A DNA stretch of 63,142 nt, counting the filler, from Chiloscyllium plagiosum (lineage: Eukaryota), in assembly GCF_004010195.1 (NCBI RefSeq). It is 5 parts of one record of this genome, joined end to end, with 100 filler letters (N's around TTAATTAATTAA, not from the genome) between each part and the next. Parts side by side here need not be neighbours in the genome. Positions count along the whole stretch, not along the records: positions 62,062 to 63,142 come from NC_057711.1; 4 more parts are not named here. The stretch is one strand, 5' to 3'. The translations under genes and the position numbers were made by a program. The notes under the pieces were generated by a model. It was not told the origin of the DNA, searched no databases, and saw nothing but the letters and a program-made list of their open reading frames with translations. The first letter of the stretch is position 1. Every line of letters begins with the position of its first letter. Positions 62,661 to 63,142 of this stretch are shown one piece after another.

Positions 62661-62770
62661 GAAAGTGAGGTCTGCAGATGCTGGAGATCAGAGATGGAAA
62701 TGTGTTGCAGGTCAGGCAGCATCTAGGGAACAGGAGAATCGACATTTCGGGCATTAGCCCTTCTTCAGAG
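62661..62770 (-). mobile_element. Penelope-like terminus with hammerhead core
   Basis: Minus strand CTGAAGA-A-GGGC-taat-GCCC-GAAA-T-GTC. Confidence 0.7.
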
Positions 62771-62774
62771 AGAA

Positions 62775-63142
62775 CGGGGCAGTGTGGGATTAGTTTGGGG
62801 ATCGATACAGGGCTATGGGGAGAGAGAGTGGGGCAGTGGGATTAGTTTAGGGATAGATACTGGGCTATGGGGAGAGAGACCGGGGGCAGTGGGATTAGTT
62901 TGGGAATCGACACAGGATTATGGGGAGAGAGAGAGGGGGCAGTGGGATTAGTTTAGGGATAGATACAGGGCTATCGGGAGAGAGAGCGGGGGCAGTGGGA
63001 TTAGTTTGGGTATCGACACAGGGTTATGGGGAGAGAGAGCGGGGCAGTGGGATTAGTTTGCAGGTCGATACAGGGCTATGGGGAGAGAGAGTGGGGCAGT
63101 GGGATTAGTTCAGAGATAGATACTGGGCTATGGGGAGAGAGA
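62775..63142. repeat. About 51-54-bp G-rich minisatellite (GGGCAGTGGGATTAGTTTGGGGATCGATACAGGGCTATGGGGAGAGAGAG)
   Basis: Tandem copies to the window end. Confidence 0.92.

Overview
Vertebrate genomic DNA, most likely a shark or other cartilaginous fish (inferred from CR1 LINEs, tRNA-derived HE1/V-SINEs and Penelope termini). It consists of five contigs joined by four artificial 100-bp linkers (N44-TTAATTAATTAA-N44). Contig 1 holds a complete five-coding-exon cyclophilin C gene (PPIC, minus strand, 17355 to 1252, 207 aa, all introns GT-AG). Contig 2 holds only the terminal exon and 3' UTR of PRDM6 (plus strand), which fits the vertebrate PPIC-PRDM6 order; its upstream exons were not found. The rest is repeat DNA: CR1 and CR1/L2-group LINEs, SINEs, PIF/Harbinger and Gypsy remnants, a 5.3-kb 27/31-bp satellite and minisatellites. 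Most notable: (i) a stack of Tx1-clade retrotransposon 3' ends, most preceded by the 12-mer ATAAACAGGAGT, suggesting repeated sequence-specific insertion into an LTR-like target; (ii) minimal hammerhead-ribozyme motifs in Penelope-like element termini; (iii) active-site substitutions in the cyclophilin; (iv) candidate constrained non-coding elements around PRDM6. No CRISPR array, rRNA or true tRNA gene is supported.
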